A DNA stretch of 61,750 bases from a virus (lineage: Duplodnaviria > Caudoviricetes): IMG/VR virus record IMGVR_UViG_3300044941_000295, positions 1-61,750 of that record; one strand, written 5' to 3'. The translations under genes and the position numbers were made by a program. Shown here piece by piece: positions 35,116 through 45,469 of the stretch (position 1 is its first letter; the number at the start of each line of letters is the position of its first letter). Under the pieces are notes generated by a model. That model saw only the letters and a program-made list of their open reading frames with translations, searched no databases and had not been told where the DNA came from.

Positions 35116-37186
35116 ATTGTTGAAGCTTAAATTTCAAAATGTGGGTCGTTTTGTAGAAATGCAAAGTATTGATTTCACTAATAAAAGTAAGCTTCTTCAA
35201 TTTGACGCCAAAAACGAAAATACGGGAGGCTCCTCAGGTTCTGGGAAGTCTACCGTATTTCAATGTATTGATCTTCTTTTAGGAATTAATGGTGCTTCGG
35301 CTGCCACCCTACAAAGCCGCCTCACAAAGTCGGGTTTTTTTATAGAAGGGGAGTTTTTAATCAACGACATTCCAGTGACAATTTCTAGGTCAAAAAAAGA
35401 CGGCCTGATTGTAAGGACTCCAACAGAAACAGTCGAAGGAAATGCAAAAATAGCCTAATAAAAAATCGACTCGCTGTTAGGTATTCCTCGTAAATTGTTC
35501 GGCAAAATGGTTCATAAAAAACAGAAAGAGGGTGGGTTTTTTCTAGAGCTTACAGCCAAGGAAAGCTATGACTTTATGGTCGATTGTCTAGGACTTCAGG
35601 AATGGGAGTCTAAGTTGGACAAGATTAACGCCTTTTCTAAAGAGAAGGAGTTAACACTTATTCAGCTTCAAAATCAAATCAAAAACAACGAAGAGTTGTT
35701 GGGTAAATACGAATCTGATTTGTCGTCAATTACTAAACCTGCCGAGATAGATCAGAACGACTTGGATACAAAGCTAGATATCGCTTTAAGGGCGCTTGAT
35801 CAAGCCAAATCCAACATAGACACATTCAAAAATCAGCTAGCTCAGGAATTGCAAAACATAGAGCTGGAAAAGAATTCTAAGATCCCTCCCAAGCCTGAAA
35901 TGGCCGTTGATAAGGAACTTGACGTTCTTAAACAAGAACTAAACAGTATTGCTTCTAAGGAGCTAGAGGAGCGATCTGCGCTTAATAGCGCCCCAATAGA
36001 AGAAAAAATTAAAAACGCCCAGATCGCTCTCACTAACATTTCAAAAAAAGAGGTTGAGCTAGAAAATAAAGTTAATAAGGTTAAAGAGCTTAAAAAACAA
36101 AAAGAACATATTGTAGCAGCCACCTGCCCCACCTGTTCGCAAAAATGGGTTGGGGAATCTGCCGTAAAAAAAGTCGAACAGCTTTCAACAGAAATTGCCA
36201 ATCTTACGGCGGAAATTGTTCAGTTTAAAGACATAATAAGTAAAAAAGACATCATCACTAAAGCGCTGGACGGTCTGCGCCTAGAGAAAGAAAATAATGA
36301 TAAAATGTTATCAGAAATTGCTGTTAAATATGCGGAAATAAAAGCCGCTATTAACAATAAGATTTCCAACCTTAAAAATCTTGAAAGCCAAGCGCTTATT
36401 GAATGGAATTCCAAGAGGTTAGAGGTTATTAATAAATATGACAACCTAGCCCGAGAAAAAGAGAGACATTTTCAAAATCTTATCGGCGTCAATCAAGAAA
36501 CCCAACGGATGTGCGAGAATGACATAAACAACATTCGATCCTTAAAAGACAATTATCAAAAACAGCTAAGTGCTTATAATCAAATGACTTCAGCAATTGG
36601 CGTTAGGATTTCTGAGCTTAAGGAAAAAATAGCCCAAGATCGAGCATCAGAAGCTATTATCCAAAAAAACCTTTTGGTGGCAGCAGAATCTCACAGAGCT
36701 GTAAAAAATTACACTTTACAAATATTCCAAGATACGCTAAACTTTATTGGGGAATATGCAACTCAAATTTTGAATGCAGTTCCTGCCATGTCCAATGCGA
36801 CCTTGTATTTTGAAAATTGCAAAGAAACTAAGACGGGCAAGATCAAGGACGAGATTAATTGTATTATTAATTTAGATGGAGAGAATAATATTAACATTAA
36901 AACTTTATCGGGTGGAGAAAGAACGGCGGTGGATCTAGCGGTAGATTTAGCGGTTATTGAGGTGCTTGAATCTCAAGCAGGTAAGGGTGCTGACTGGATT
37001 GTGCTGGACGAACCTTTTACAGGTCTTGACTCGGTAGGGTGCGAAGCAGCTATAGACATTATTAAACAAATTGGACTTAAAAAAAGAATTATAATTGTAG
37101 ATCACAATCCAGAAGTCAAAGAAGTTATTGAAGAATCTATTATGGTACACAGACGTGGTTCCGAAAGCAACATTGTAGGAGGATAA
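35108..37186 (+). CDS. SbcC/Rad50 (gp46-like) ATPase interrupted by two in-frame TAA codons at 35456-35461
   Basis: Walker A GSGKST, Zn-hook CPTC, LSGGE, VLDEP, IVDH all in one frame. Confidence 0.85.
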
Positions 37187-37534
37187 GTGGAAGATTTAGA
37201 AATGCAAATCAAACAAGACATTCTCCAGTACATGAATATTTCGGAAAAAATGTCTTACAATGATAAAATTGATTTTTTGATGATGATTTTTAAAAAACAC
37301 ATCCTCATCAACAAATCCGACGTGATGCTTCATAAAAAAGATTTACAAGAGATCATTTCTAGATCTAAGCAGCTTTTTTCTGAAATGCCAGTACCAGTTG
37401 AAATGGATGGTTCGGACACACCTCTTAATCAAATGGAGATTCCAAATTTGTGCGTGGTTGAGTCCACTATAACATTTCTAAACAAAAATAATTGCCTTAA
37501 AAAGTTGCCAAAATTTAAATATAAGAAGAGATGA
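37187..37534 (+). CDS. hypothetical protein
   Basis: GGAGG RBS, GTG start. Confidence 0.7.
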   Translation: MEDLEMQIKQDILQYMNISEKMSYNDKIDFLMMIFKKHILINKSDVMLHKKDLQEIISRSKQLFSEMPVPVEMDGSDTPLNQMEIPNLCVVESTITFLNKNNCLKKLPKFKYKKR

Positions 37535-37800
37535 ATACGATTGAATTTAAAAAACCAGACCCTTACTGGAAAATCCAAAGGGTAAAACTCTATGCTGATA
37601 TAGGTACGTACACTTCTGTAGTTGAATTTGCGGACGGAATGTGCCATATCGTGGTAGATCAAGGATGTTGGAGAGTTGTTAATTGTGGTAGGTTTACCGC
37701 TCTATTGACGCCCTATTCAGTAGATTTATTAAAAAAATTACCAAGCAATCCGTACGATTATAAGCCGTACATGGATAGTCTAAACATACCAAAGGAGTAG
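37531..37800 (+). CDS. hypothetical protein
   Basis: ATGA overlap. Confidence 0.65.
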   Translation: MNTIEFKKPDPYWKIQRVKLYADIGTYTSVVEFADGMCHIVVDQGCWRVVNCGRFTALLTPYSVDLLKKLPSNPYDYKPYMDSLNIPKE

Positions 37801-37802
37801 AT

Positions 37803-38093
37803 ATGTCAGAGCAAGACGCAGCAGCACTAAAAAAGAAAATGCAGAAAAAAGATTCCACTTTTACCGATTCTGTAGACGGCCTCCCAGCTACAGACATCAA
37901 ACAGAACATTCTTCTTTATTCAAAACATTTACACGACACCGAAATGGCGCTTAAAAATGACGAGGACATCAAAGAAGCTCAGGAGGCCCTTAAAGAAATG
38001 AAAGCTCCTTACACGGAAACTATGAAGATGTTGAAAGAAAAAATTAATTATCTACATCTGATTCTGAAGGACAAAGAGCTTGAAAAAGAATAA
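37803..38093 (+). CDS. hypothetical helical protein
   Basis: AAGGAG RBS. Confidence 0.7.
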   Translation: MSEQDAAALKKKMQKKDSTFTDSVDGLPATDIKQNILLYSKHLHDTEMALKNDEDIKEAQEALKEMKAPYTETMKMLKEKINYLHLILKDKELEKE

Positions 38094-38721
38094 GGCTAAG
38101 GATAAGCCAATTTACGACAAGGATGGTCGTTGGGTTGAGGAGCGGGGGCGGATAAAGGGTGCTATTAGACGCGCCTTTCGCCTCCATCCTGCCTTAAAAG
38201 AGCTTCTTCAAGAGGCTAGGGTAGAGCTACCACCCAAGACTTTAAAGGACGGCTCTCTTGGCAAAAAAAATCAGGTGAGGTATAGATGCGCCTCCTGTGG
38301 TGAGCTTTTCAGTCAAAAAAATGTTCAGGTGGATCATATCAACACCGTTATTCCCTTGGACAAGTCTGAATCGGAAATGTCTTTTGAAGAGTGGATTGTG
38401 CTTACTGTTAGGGGTATTTTTTGTAAAAAAGAAAACCTCCAAGTGTTGTGCTCTACAAAAAAGAAAGACTTGCCTGCAGGAAAGCAGAGCTGTCATGGCG
38501 CAAAAACAGCTAGAGAAAACTTTATTCGTGAAGAGTTTAAACGTATGAAAGAGAACTCAACATCTTCTATTTACAAAGAGTTAGACGGCAAATCTACACA
38601 AGAAAAAATTGCTTTTTTTTCTAAAATGTATGATGATTACATGGTACATAAAGAAGAAGAGAGATTAGCAAAAGAGCGTAGAAAGCTTGAGCGTCTTGCC
38701 AAAAGAAAATCAAAAAAATAA
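38080..38721 (+). CDS. HNH endonuclease
   Basis: CASC, VQVDHI, NLQVLC, CH..KT. Confidence 0.8.
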   Translation: MKKNKAKDKPIYDKDGRWVEERGRIKGAIRRAFRLHPALKELLQEARVELPPKTLKDGSLGKKNQVRYRCASCGELFSQKNVQVDHINTVIPLDKSESEMSFEEWIVLTVRGIFCKKENLQVLCSTKKKDLPAGKQSCHGAKTARENFIREEFKRMKENSTSSIYKELDGKSTQEKIAFFSKMYDDYMVHKEEERLAKERRKLERLAKRKSKK

Positions 38722-38735
38722 CAAAAGGATACACA

Positions 38736-39695
38736 ATGTCAATGACAACACCGAGGGCTACGTATAAGCCTTTTGTGTACGAACAGGCGTATAAGTATTG
38801 GGAACTACAACAACAGGCTCATTGGTTGCACACCGAAATATCAATGGCTGGGGACATTGCAGACTTCAAATCAAAACTAACCGAATCAGAAAAACATGTT
38901 ATAGGCCATATTCTAAAAGGATTTACACAGTCTGAGATCTTTATTGGCGAGTATTGGTCAAATAAGGTAGCAAAGTGGTTTAAGCACCCAGAAATTCAAA
39001 TGATGGCGTCCACTTTTTCCTCATTTGAGTCTATCCATGCGGTGAGCTATGCCTACCTGAACGATAGCTTAGGCCTTGACGATTATGAGGCTTTTTTGCA
39101 CGATCCAACCACTAAAGCCAAAATCGACAGGCTTATTACTACCAAAGGAAAAACTAAACAAGAAATCGCCAGATCTTTGGCAATTTTCAGCGCCTTTAAT
39201 GAAGGCGTAAATTTGTTTAGTTCTTTTGCGGTGCTTATGAACTTCCAACGTTTTAACAAAATGAAAGGACTTGGGCAAATTATTGCCTTTAGTATTCGTG
39301 ACGAAAGCCTTCATTCGGAGGCAGGCGTATGGCTTTTTAGGACGTTTGTTGCGGAAAATCCCGACATTTGGACAGATGAGCTTAAAAAAGATATATACGA
39401 CGCAGCCCGACTTACTGTTGAGCTAGAAGATAATTTTATCGACAAAGCTTTTGAGTTGGGTGATGTTGAGGGGCTTACAAAAGAAGATTTGAAAAACTAT
39501 ATCCGATTCAGGACTAACACCAAGCTCCAAGATTTGGGGCTTAAAATGAATTGGAAAAACGTCAATAAAGAGAGTATTGAAAGGATGATGTGGTTTGATG
39601 TTTTGTCAAATGGTGTCGAAATGCAAGACTTTTTTGCTGGTAGAGTTTCGACATACGCTAAAGGTTCAATTGATTGGAGTAAAATGTATGAGTAA
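38736..39695 (+). CDS. nrdB: ribonucleotide reductase class I beta subunit
   Basis: ESIHAVSY, EGVNLFSSF, RDESLH, DFFAGRVSTY. Confidence 0.93.
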   Translation: MSMTTPRATYKPFVYEQAYKYWELQQQAHWLHTEISMAGDIADFKSKLTESEKHVIGHILKGFTQSEIFIGEYWSNKVAKWFKHPEIQMMASTFSSFESIHAVSYAYLNDSLGLDDYEAFLHDPTTKAKIDRLITTKGKTKQEIARSLAIFSAFNEGVNLFSSFAVLMNFQRFNKMKGLGQIIAFSIRDESLHSEAGVWLFRTFVAENPDIWTDELKKDIYDAARLTVELEDNFIDKAFELGDVEGLTKEDLKNYIRFRTNTKLQDLGLKMNWKNVNKESIERMMWFDVLSNGVEMQDFFAGRVSTYAKGSIDWSKMYE

Positions 39696-41400
39696 CCTAG
39701 AAACACTTCAAAGACTTGGAAAAGCCCCTACTTGGTTAAAAGAGGAAGGTCTAAAAACCTTACAAAGTGGCTACCTTCTTCCATCTGAAGATCCAATTGA
39801 TATGTACAGAAGAGTTTCTGCGGCGGCGGCAAAGCAACTGAATAGACCTGAACTAGAAATCGAATTTTTTGAAATTATCTGGAATAATTGGCTGTGCCTT
39901 GCTACCCCCGTAGCCTCAAACATGGGAACAGATCGGGGTTTGCCAATTAGCTGTAACACCATCCACGTTGGAGATTCGGTAGATTCAATCTTTATGAAAA
40001 ACCACGAGCTGGCTGTCCTGTCTAAAAATGGGGCTGGGGTAGGGATCTATTTGGGCGATGTTCGCGGAAGAGGTACTCCTATTAAGGGTAATGGTAAGTC
40101 CGAAGGGGTTATTCCGTGGGCAAAAGTTTACGACACTACTTGTCTTTCTGTATCCCAAGGCTCTACAAGACGCGGAGCTGGAGCTGTATATCTTGATATT
40201 AGCCACCTTGACATTGAAGAGTTTATCAATCTTAGACGTCCTACTGGGGACATTAATCGTCGCTGTTTAAATCTCCATCATGCGGTATGTATTGATGATG
40301 AATTTATGAAAAAGGTAGAAAATGGAGACGAAAAAGCCCGCCACCTTTGGATGGAAATTATTAAAGCCCGTTTTGAGACAGGTGAGCCGTACCTATTTTT
40401 TAAAGACAATGTAAACAATCAGCGTCCAGAATGCTATATTAAGAATAATTTAATAATTAAATCTTCCAATATTTGCAACGAAATTTATCTTTATACAGAT
40501 CCAGAACATACGTTTGTCTGCTGTTTGTCAAGCTTAAATCTTGCCAGATATTTTGAATGGAAAGATTGGAAATCTAAATCAGGCAAAAGCCTTGTAGAGT
40601 TGACCACTTATTTTCTTGATGCCGTGTTGGGTGAATATATAGCAAAAGCCCGTTCAATTTTTGGTTTGGATTCTGCCGTTCGCTTTGCGGAAAAATCAAG
40701 AGCTATTGGTATTGGGGTTTTAGGGTGGCACACATTCCTGCAAGAGCAAGGGTTGCCTTTTGATAGTTTTCAGTCTATGATGTACAACAATATGATTTTT
40801 AAACAAATTAGAGAGCAAGCGGATAAGGCTACTGCGGATTTAGCTCGGGAATATAGCGAACCTAAATGGTGTAGAGGGTTTGGGCGCAGAAACACGCACT
40901 GTATTGCCGTTGCTCCTACCGTTTCAAACTCAATTATTTCAGGCTCCGTATCTGCAGGAATTGAGCCAATTGCTGCGAATGTATTTGCCCTTAAGTCCGC
41001 AAAAGGCACTTTCCTTAGAAAAAACCCTACTTTAGAAAAACTGTTGGAGTCAAAAAACAAAAACACACCAGACGTTTGGAAATCAATCTCTCAAAATGAC
41101 GGATCTGTTAAACATTTAGATTTTCTAACTCAAGAGGAAAAGGAAGTCTTTTTGACTGCTAGAGAAATCAACCAGTTTGCAATCATTAAGCAGGCGGCTC
41201 AGCGTCAGAAGTATATTGACCAAGGTCAATCCGTAAATCTGTTTTTTGCCAAAAACTCAGACCCTAGATATATTCACCAAGTGCACATGGAGGCATGGAA
41301 ACAAGGTTTGAAAGGATTGTACTATTGCAGAGCCGAATCTATTCTTAAAGGGGATATGGTAAATAGGCAGAAAGATGAATGCGCCGCCTGCGAGGCCTAG
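39688..41400 (+). CDS. nrdA: ribonucleotide reductase class I alpha subunit (no ATP cone evident)
   Basis: SNICNEI, CCLSS, APTVSNS, DQGQS, LYY, C-terminal CAACEA. Confidence 0.93.
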   Translation: MSNLETLQRLGKAPTWLKEEGLKTLQSGYLLPSEDPIDMYRRVSAAAAKQLNRPELEIEFFEIIWNNWLCLATPVASNMGTDRGLPISCNTIHVGDSVDSIFMKNHELAVLSKNGAGVGIYLGDVRGRGTPIKGNGKSEGVIPWAKVYDTTCLSVSQGSTRRGAGAVYLDISHLDIEEFINLRRPTGDINRRCLNLHHAVCIDDEFMKKVENGDEKARHLWMEIIKARFETGEPYLFFKDNVNNQRPECYIKNNLIIKSSNICNEIYLYTDPEHTFVCCLSSLNLARYFEWKDWKSKSGKSLVELTTYFLDAVLGEYIAKARSIFGLDSAVRFAEKSRAIGIGVLGWHTFLQEQGLPFDSFQSMMYNNMIFKQIREQADKATADLAREYSEPKWCRGFGRRNTHCIAVAPTVSNSIISGSVSAGIEPIAANVFALKSAKGTFLRKNPTLEKLLESKNKNTPDVWKSISQNDGSVKHLDFLTQEEKEVFLTAREINQFAIIKQAAQRQKYIDQGQSVNLFFAKNSDPRYIHQVHMEAWKQGLKGLYYCRAESILKGDMVNRQKDECAACEA

Positions 41401-41403
41401 TGA

Positions 41404-41411
41404 TGGTATAT
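41404..41411 (+). promoter_or_regulatory. putative middle promoter motif TGGTATAT
   Basis: Intergenic, before GAGG RBS. Confidence 0.65.
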
Positions 41412-41430
41412 AAATAAAAAAGAGGTGTCT

Positions 41431-42435
41431 ATGAAAAACATATTTAATGAAGAATCACCAGTAAGCGAATACGACTTGCTTAACCAAAACGAAGTGGAGG
41501 ATCAGGTAGCTTTGGCACCTCGCACACAACCCCGTCGTCAATCCTATAGCCAGCAAATAGAGGATATTGCTGAAATGATGTCTCCGCCAAGCACAGAAGA
41601 TATTGCTTATGAGCTTGAAGAGGAAGAAATGAACGTAGTGGGCGAGGCTATGGTTCGGCTAGAACAGGCACGTCTTTACGATATGCTTATTAAGCACAAC
41701 CTATTTGAAGGGGTGGAAGCAAACCCAATTGCCCTTAAAAACGTTCAGGATGAGCTTAAAGCTTACATTGTGGAGCGTTTACAGATTCTTTTAGGGATTA
41801 AGCAGGAACAGCAGCCTGTCACTTCTATGCGAGTTGAGCTACCCTTTAATAAACTGGAAATTCAAGCGCTTAAAGATTTAGCGCACAAGCTGACAAAAGG
41901 CGCTACTGAAAAGATTCAGGAAAAAGAGACGGTAGAAGCGGTGCCTGAGCGTTCAGAACAGGCAATCAAACCCCTATCCAAACCTAAAAAATCTCAAGGA
42001 CTTAAGCCGCTAGCTGCTAAAAATCAACCTACAAAACAGGTTGCATTACCACCAAAAGAGGTTGCTCAGCCACGACAACAAACGCCTGTGGTGGTTAACA
42101 AAACCAAAAGAAAGGCTGTACCCTTGCCAAAAGAAAAAATTATAGCTCCAGACGGCTCGGTTTTAACCCAAGAAGAGCTGGCAATTGCTCAAGAGCAATT
42201 GGAAAAAGAAATGGAACTAGGAAAGTCCAAAAATCCATACGAAATGACTCATGACGAACTCATTGAAAGAAGTAAAAAAATTAAAGGACAAACCAAGTCT
42301 AGCAAGGTGAGGGGTTTGCCAATGCCTACGCCAGAACAAATGGCTGTGGTATATCAACAAAAACAAATAGAAAGATTAAGCCAAGACGAAAAAATGACCA
42401 GTATCCTTAATCGGGTACTAAAACAACAATCATAG
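41431..42435 (+). CDS. hypothetical protein
   Basis: Long ORF with RBS. Confidence 0.75.
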   Translation: MKNIFNEESPVSEYDLLNQNEVEDQVALAPRTQPRRQSYSQQIEDIAEMMSPPSTEDIAYELEEEEMNVVGEAMVRLEQARLYDMLIKHNLFEGVEANPIALKNVQDELKAYIVERLQILLGIKQEQQPVTSMRVELPFNKLEIQALKDLAHKLTKGATEKIQEKETVEAVPERSEQAIKPLSKPKKSQGLKPLAAKNQPTKQVALPPKEVAQPRQQTPVVVNKTKRKAVPLPKEKIIAPDGSVLTQEELAIAQEQLEKEMELGKSKNPYEMTHDELIERSKKIKGQTKSSKVRGLPMPTPEQMAVVYQQKQIERLSQDEKMTSILNRVLKQQS

Positions 42436-42443
42436 GAGACTGT

Positions 42444-42998
42444 ATGACAAAAATGACCAAAACCAAAAAAGAAAAGAAAAACCTCTCTAGCACAGGCACT
42501 CTTACCGCTGCACAGCGCCTTGAAATGCTAGAGAAAACACTCCAAACTCATCGTCAAATGATCAATATCATTGCCGAGGAAATGGACAAAATTCAACAAA
42601 CTCAGCTAGCTCTTGCACAAAAAGTGGAAGCTACTATTAAGGTTTCTGAGCAACAAGATCTTGAAAAAAAGGTCACCCAGTTTATGGTTGACCAGCAAAT
42701 CAAGGATCTCAAAAGTAAAACAGATCTGCTGATTTCTCAAGGCGCATTAACACCGTCAGAAGAAGTAACCCAAAACAGCTTTGTTGTAGGAAAGGAGCTT
42801 ACTAAAGAAGGTGAAGTGGTATCTCCACGCACCCAAGCGTCAGTAGCCTCTCTTCCTGAAGAGGTACGGGAAAAACTAAAAGGTAAAAAAGTAGGCGATC
42901 TGGTTAGCTTTGGAGAAGACAAGCTTTCCTTTATGCTAGAAGAGGTGTATGAAATTGCAAGCGCTGTAGAAAAGCAGTTAGAACAAGCAGGTGCCTAA
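42444..42998 (+). CDS. coiled coil plus GreA/FKBP-like C-terminal domain
   Basis: LKGKKVGDLV motif. Confidence 0.45.
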   Translation: MTKMTKTKKEKKNLSSTGTLTAAQRLEMLEKTLQTHRQMINIIAEEMDKIQQTQLALAQKVEATIKVSEQQDLEKKVTQFMVDQQIKDLKSKTDLLISQGALTPSEEVTQNSFVVGKELTKEGEVVSPRTQASVASLPEEVREKLKGKKVGDLVSFGEDKLSFMLEEVYEIASAVEKQLEQAGA

Positions 42999-44240
42999 AT
43001 GGAACTAATTACGGAAGCAGAAGTATCCATGATCGTAGAGCTAAAGGAAAAAGGCTTTACGTGGGGAGAAATTGCTGAAAAAATAACCAAGAAGTTTGGA
43101 ATTAAAAGAACTTTGGATAGCGTCCGTAACTCATACCGACGCTATTCCGATATCGAAAGTACCCCTCAGAGTGTTGTCCGAAACATTAAGGATGCTCACC
43201 GAGCGCGTAGAGGTAAGGCGTCAATTGCGAGAGACAATAAAATTCTTATAGAAAATCAAATTCGTCAGGAAGATTTTTTGCAAGAATTTGAGGCTTTAAT
43301 AAAAAAGAACAAGCCAATTCTTTATAAGCCCGCCAAACCTGTCAGCAAAAAAAGCACAGAAAGGGTAGTGGTTATGCACCTATCTGATATGCACTTTCAA
43401 GCTCAAATTGATGAAGGTGAGATGGGCGGGCTAAACAAGTACGGATCTGCCGAAGAGGCAAGACGCCTAGCTTTGTTTACTCGGGAAGTGGCGGATTACA
43501 AACTTCAGCATCGAGACCATACGGAACTTATGATGGTAATTAATGGTGATATTCTGCAAGGGGTTATCCATGATATAGAATCTACGCCAACAATTACCAC
43601 TCAGGTTTCTGCCACTATGCACCTTTTAGGGCAGTCCATTAGCTACCTATCTAACTACTTTAAAAAAGTGAAGGTTGTGTGCACTTCGGGCAACCATGAG
43701 CGAATGATGCACAAATCCAATAAAGGCCGCCAAACAAGGCAAAAATGGGATTCATACTCTACAATTGTCTATGCAGGTCTTAAAATGGCCTTAGCTGCAC
43801 ACAAAAATGTGGAGTTTGTTATTCCAGAAACACCCTACGCTTATGTTGACGTTTTAGGCCATAAGTTTTTTATTACACACTCTGATACGGTATTGAATAT
43901 TGGATATCCCGGCAAGTCTATCGACATTCAACGTGCCAAAAACATAATCAACGACCTAAAAGAAGGTATTGGCGAAATTGACGTGGTTCTGGTAGGGCAT
44001 GTTCATGTAGATTGTAAGAACATCCTTCCAAATGGAACCGTTCTTATGTCTAACGGGTCTATGTCAGGGATTGACGAGTTTGCACTTAGCCTCGGAATCA
44101 CCTCGAACAATCCAACACAACAGATTTTCGAGGTGACAAAAAATCACCCCGTAGGCGACATGCGTAGCGTTAAACTTTCGGTAGCGGACAAAAACAAAGA
44201 TCTCGAAAAAATTATTAAACCTTTCAATGGAAAATTTTAA
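42999..44240 (+). CDS. HTH plus metallophosphoesterase
   Basis: SDMH, NGDI, GNHE, GHVH. Confidence 0.8.
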   Translation: MELITEAEVSMIVELKEKGFTWGEIAEKITKKFGIKRTLDSVRNSYRRYSDIESTPQSVVRNIKDAHRARRGKASIARDNKILIENQIRQEDFLQEFEALIKKNKPILYKPAKPVSKKSTERVVVMHLSDMHFQAQIDEGEMGGLNKYGSAEEARRLALFTREVADYKLQHRDHTELMMVINGDILQGVIHDIESTPTITTQVSATMHLLGQSISYLSNYFKKVKVVCTSGNHERMMHKSNKGRQTRQKWDSYSTIVYAGLKMALAAHKNVEFVIPETPYAYVDVLGHKFFITHSDTVLNIGYPGKSIDIQRAKNIINDLKEGIGEIDVVLVGHVHVDCKNILPNGTVLMSNGSMSGIDEFALSLGITSNNPTQQIFEVTKNHPVGDMRSVKLSVADKNKDLEKIIKPFNGKF

Positions 44241-44245
44241 TTTTT

Positions 44246-44656
44246 ATGCGCAAAAAGACACTCAGCGACGAGTTAAGGGAAAAACTGTTTGATATAGAAG
44301 TGTCGTTATATCTGAACCAAGAAGATATGGGGGAAATAGCCGCTAAATTGACTGTGTTGAATCGATTGCAAAAAGATCTGATTTACAACATTGATTTGCA
44401 CAAATCAGGACTTGTGGTAACTTCTATAGATGAATATAAAAAAACGCTGAAAGATTTAAAAAAGACACGAGAGGAAATTGAAAAGATTTTAAAATTACAA
44501 AAGAAAATCGAAGATTCGATAAACAAATTGGTTGCTGAACACGAAAGGTATAACACACAATACGAACAAATCAGCGCTTTTGAAGAAAAAACAAAAGTTG
44601 TCAAAATGGAAGACTATGCAAAAAATAGACGAAATAAAAAAAAGAATAATGAATGA
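44246..44656 (+). CDS. coiled-coil hypothetical protein
   Basis: 136-aa ORF. Confidence 0.65.
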   Translation: MRKKTLSDELREKLFDIEVSLYLNQEDMGEIAAKLTVLNRLQKDLIYNIDLHKSGLVVTSIDEYKKTLKDLKKTREEIEKILKLQKKIEDSINKLVAEHERYNTQYEQISAFEEKTKVVKMEDYAKNRRNKKKNNE

Positions 44657-44837
44657 CGAGGACTTTATTAATAGTCCTAACCACAAAAACTCATTGAAGT
44701 GTTTTATCGCCAAAAACCCTGAAGGTGTTAGTAACGATAGAATTGCCAAGGTTTTGATGATTAGTGAGGAAGAAGTGGAAGAAATTTACCTTTCTGCCAT
44801 TGAAAAGCTAAAAGAAGGACTTGCGAGGTTTAAATGA
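44616..44837 (+). CDS. stand-alone sigma region-4-like HTH protein
   Basis: SNDRIAKVLMISEEEVEEIYLSAIEKLK; start reassigned to ATG 44616. Confidence 0.55.
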   Translation: MQKIDEIKKRIMNDEDFINSPNHKNSLKCFIAKNPEGVSNDRIAKVLMISEEEVEEIYLSAIEKLKEGLARFK

Positions 44838-45469
44838 TTAGAGTTTGGATGGATTGCGAAACGTTTGGAATGAATCCCCGCGTAAATCCCGTAGCTACGG
44901 TCTATATGGCGCTGTACACTGAAACGGATGACTTCATTGAAGATATCGACCTTAAGGTTAAGCCAGATAGTATGGAGGGTGTGGAGATTGATCGTAAAAC
45001 GACAGAAATCCATGGGATTGTTTGGGAGGAGCATATTGCAAACCCCGAAACAATCACCTACTCGCAAGCCAAGGAAAAAATCCAACAGTTTTTGGAAAAA
45101 CACAAGCTTCCTAAAGTCAAAAAAAGCTTTAAGCCATGCGGACAAAACGTAGCGTTTGACATTAACTATCTTAAAAACACTATTTTTTCTCACGACGAAT
45201 GGGAAAAGTTGTTCCATCATCGGTTTCTAGATACTCTTGTCGTTCTCAATTTCTTACAGGATTTGGATTTAGTACCGTCTGATTTGGGCAGTCTTACGAG
45301 CTTAGTAGAATATTTTGATCTTAAAACAGGTGATTTCCATGACGCAAGAGCTGATATTAAAATGACTGTGCAGGTTTACAGAAAACAGAGGGAGTTGATT
45401 TTAGGCTTAAAAAGAGCTAGTATTATATCAAACGTAAACCTAGATCTGCTCAAGGTTGTGGAAGATTGA
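44834..45469 (+). CDS. DEDDh 3'-5' exonuclease (DnaQ-like)
   Basis: DCET, QNVAFD, HDARAD. Confidence 0.88.
   Translation: MIRVWMDCETFGMNPRVNPVATVYMALYTETDDFIEDIDLKVKPDSMEGVEIDRKTTEIHGIVWEEHIANPETITYSQAKEKIQQFLEKHKLPKVKKSFKPCGQNVAFDINYLKNTIFSHDEWEKLFHHRFLDTLVVLNFLQDLDLVPSDLGSLTSLVEYFDLKTGDFHDARADIKMTVQVYRKQRELILGLKRASIISNVNLDLLKVVED

Noticed and set aside
35456-35461. Genome-wide stop-codon reassignment
   Set aside because: TAA, TAG and TGA all end well-defined genes here and coding density under the standard code is high; this is the only such interruption seen
38080-38721. HNH gene as part of a group I intron in nrdB
   Set aside because: It lies upstream of an uninterrupted nrdB; no split exon is evident
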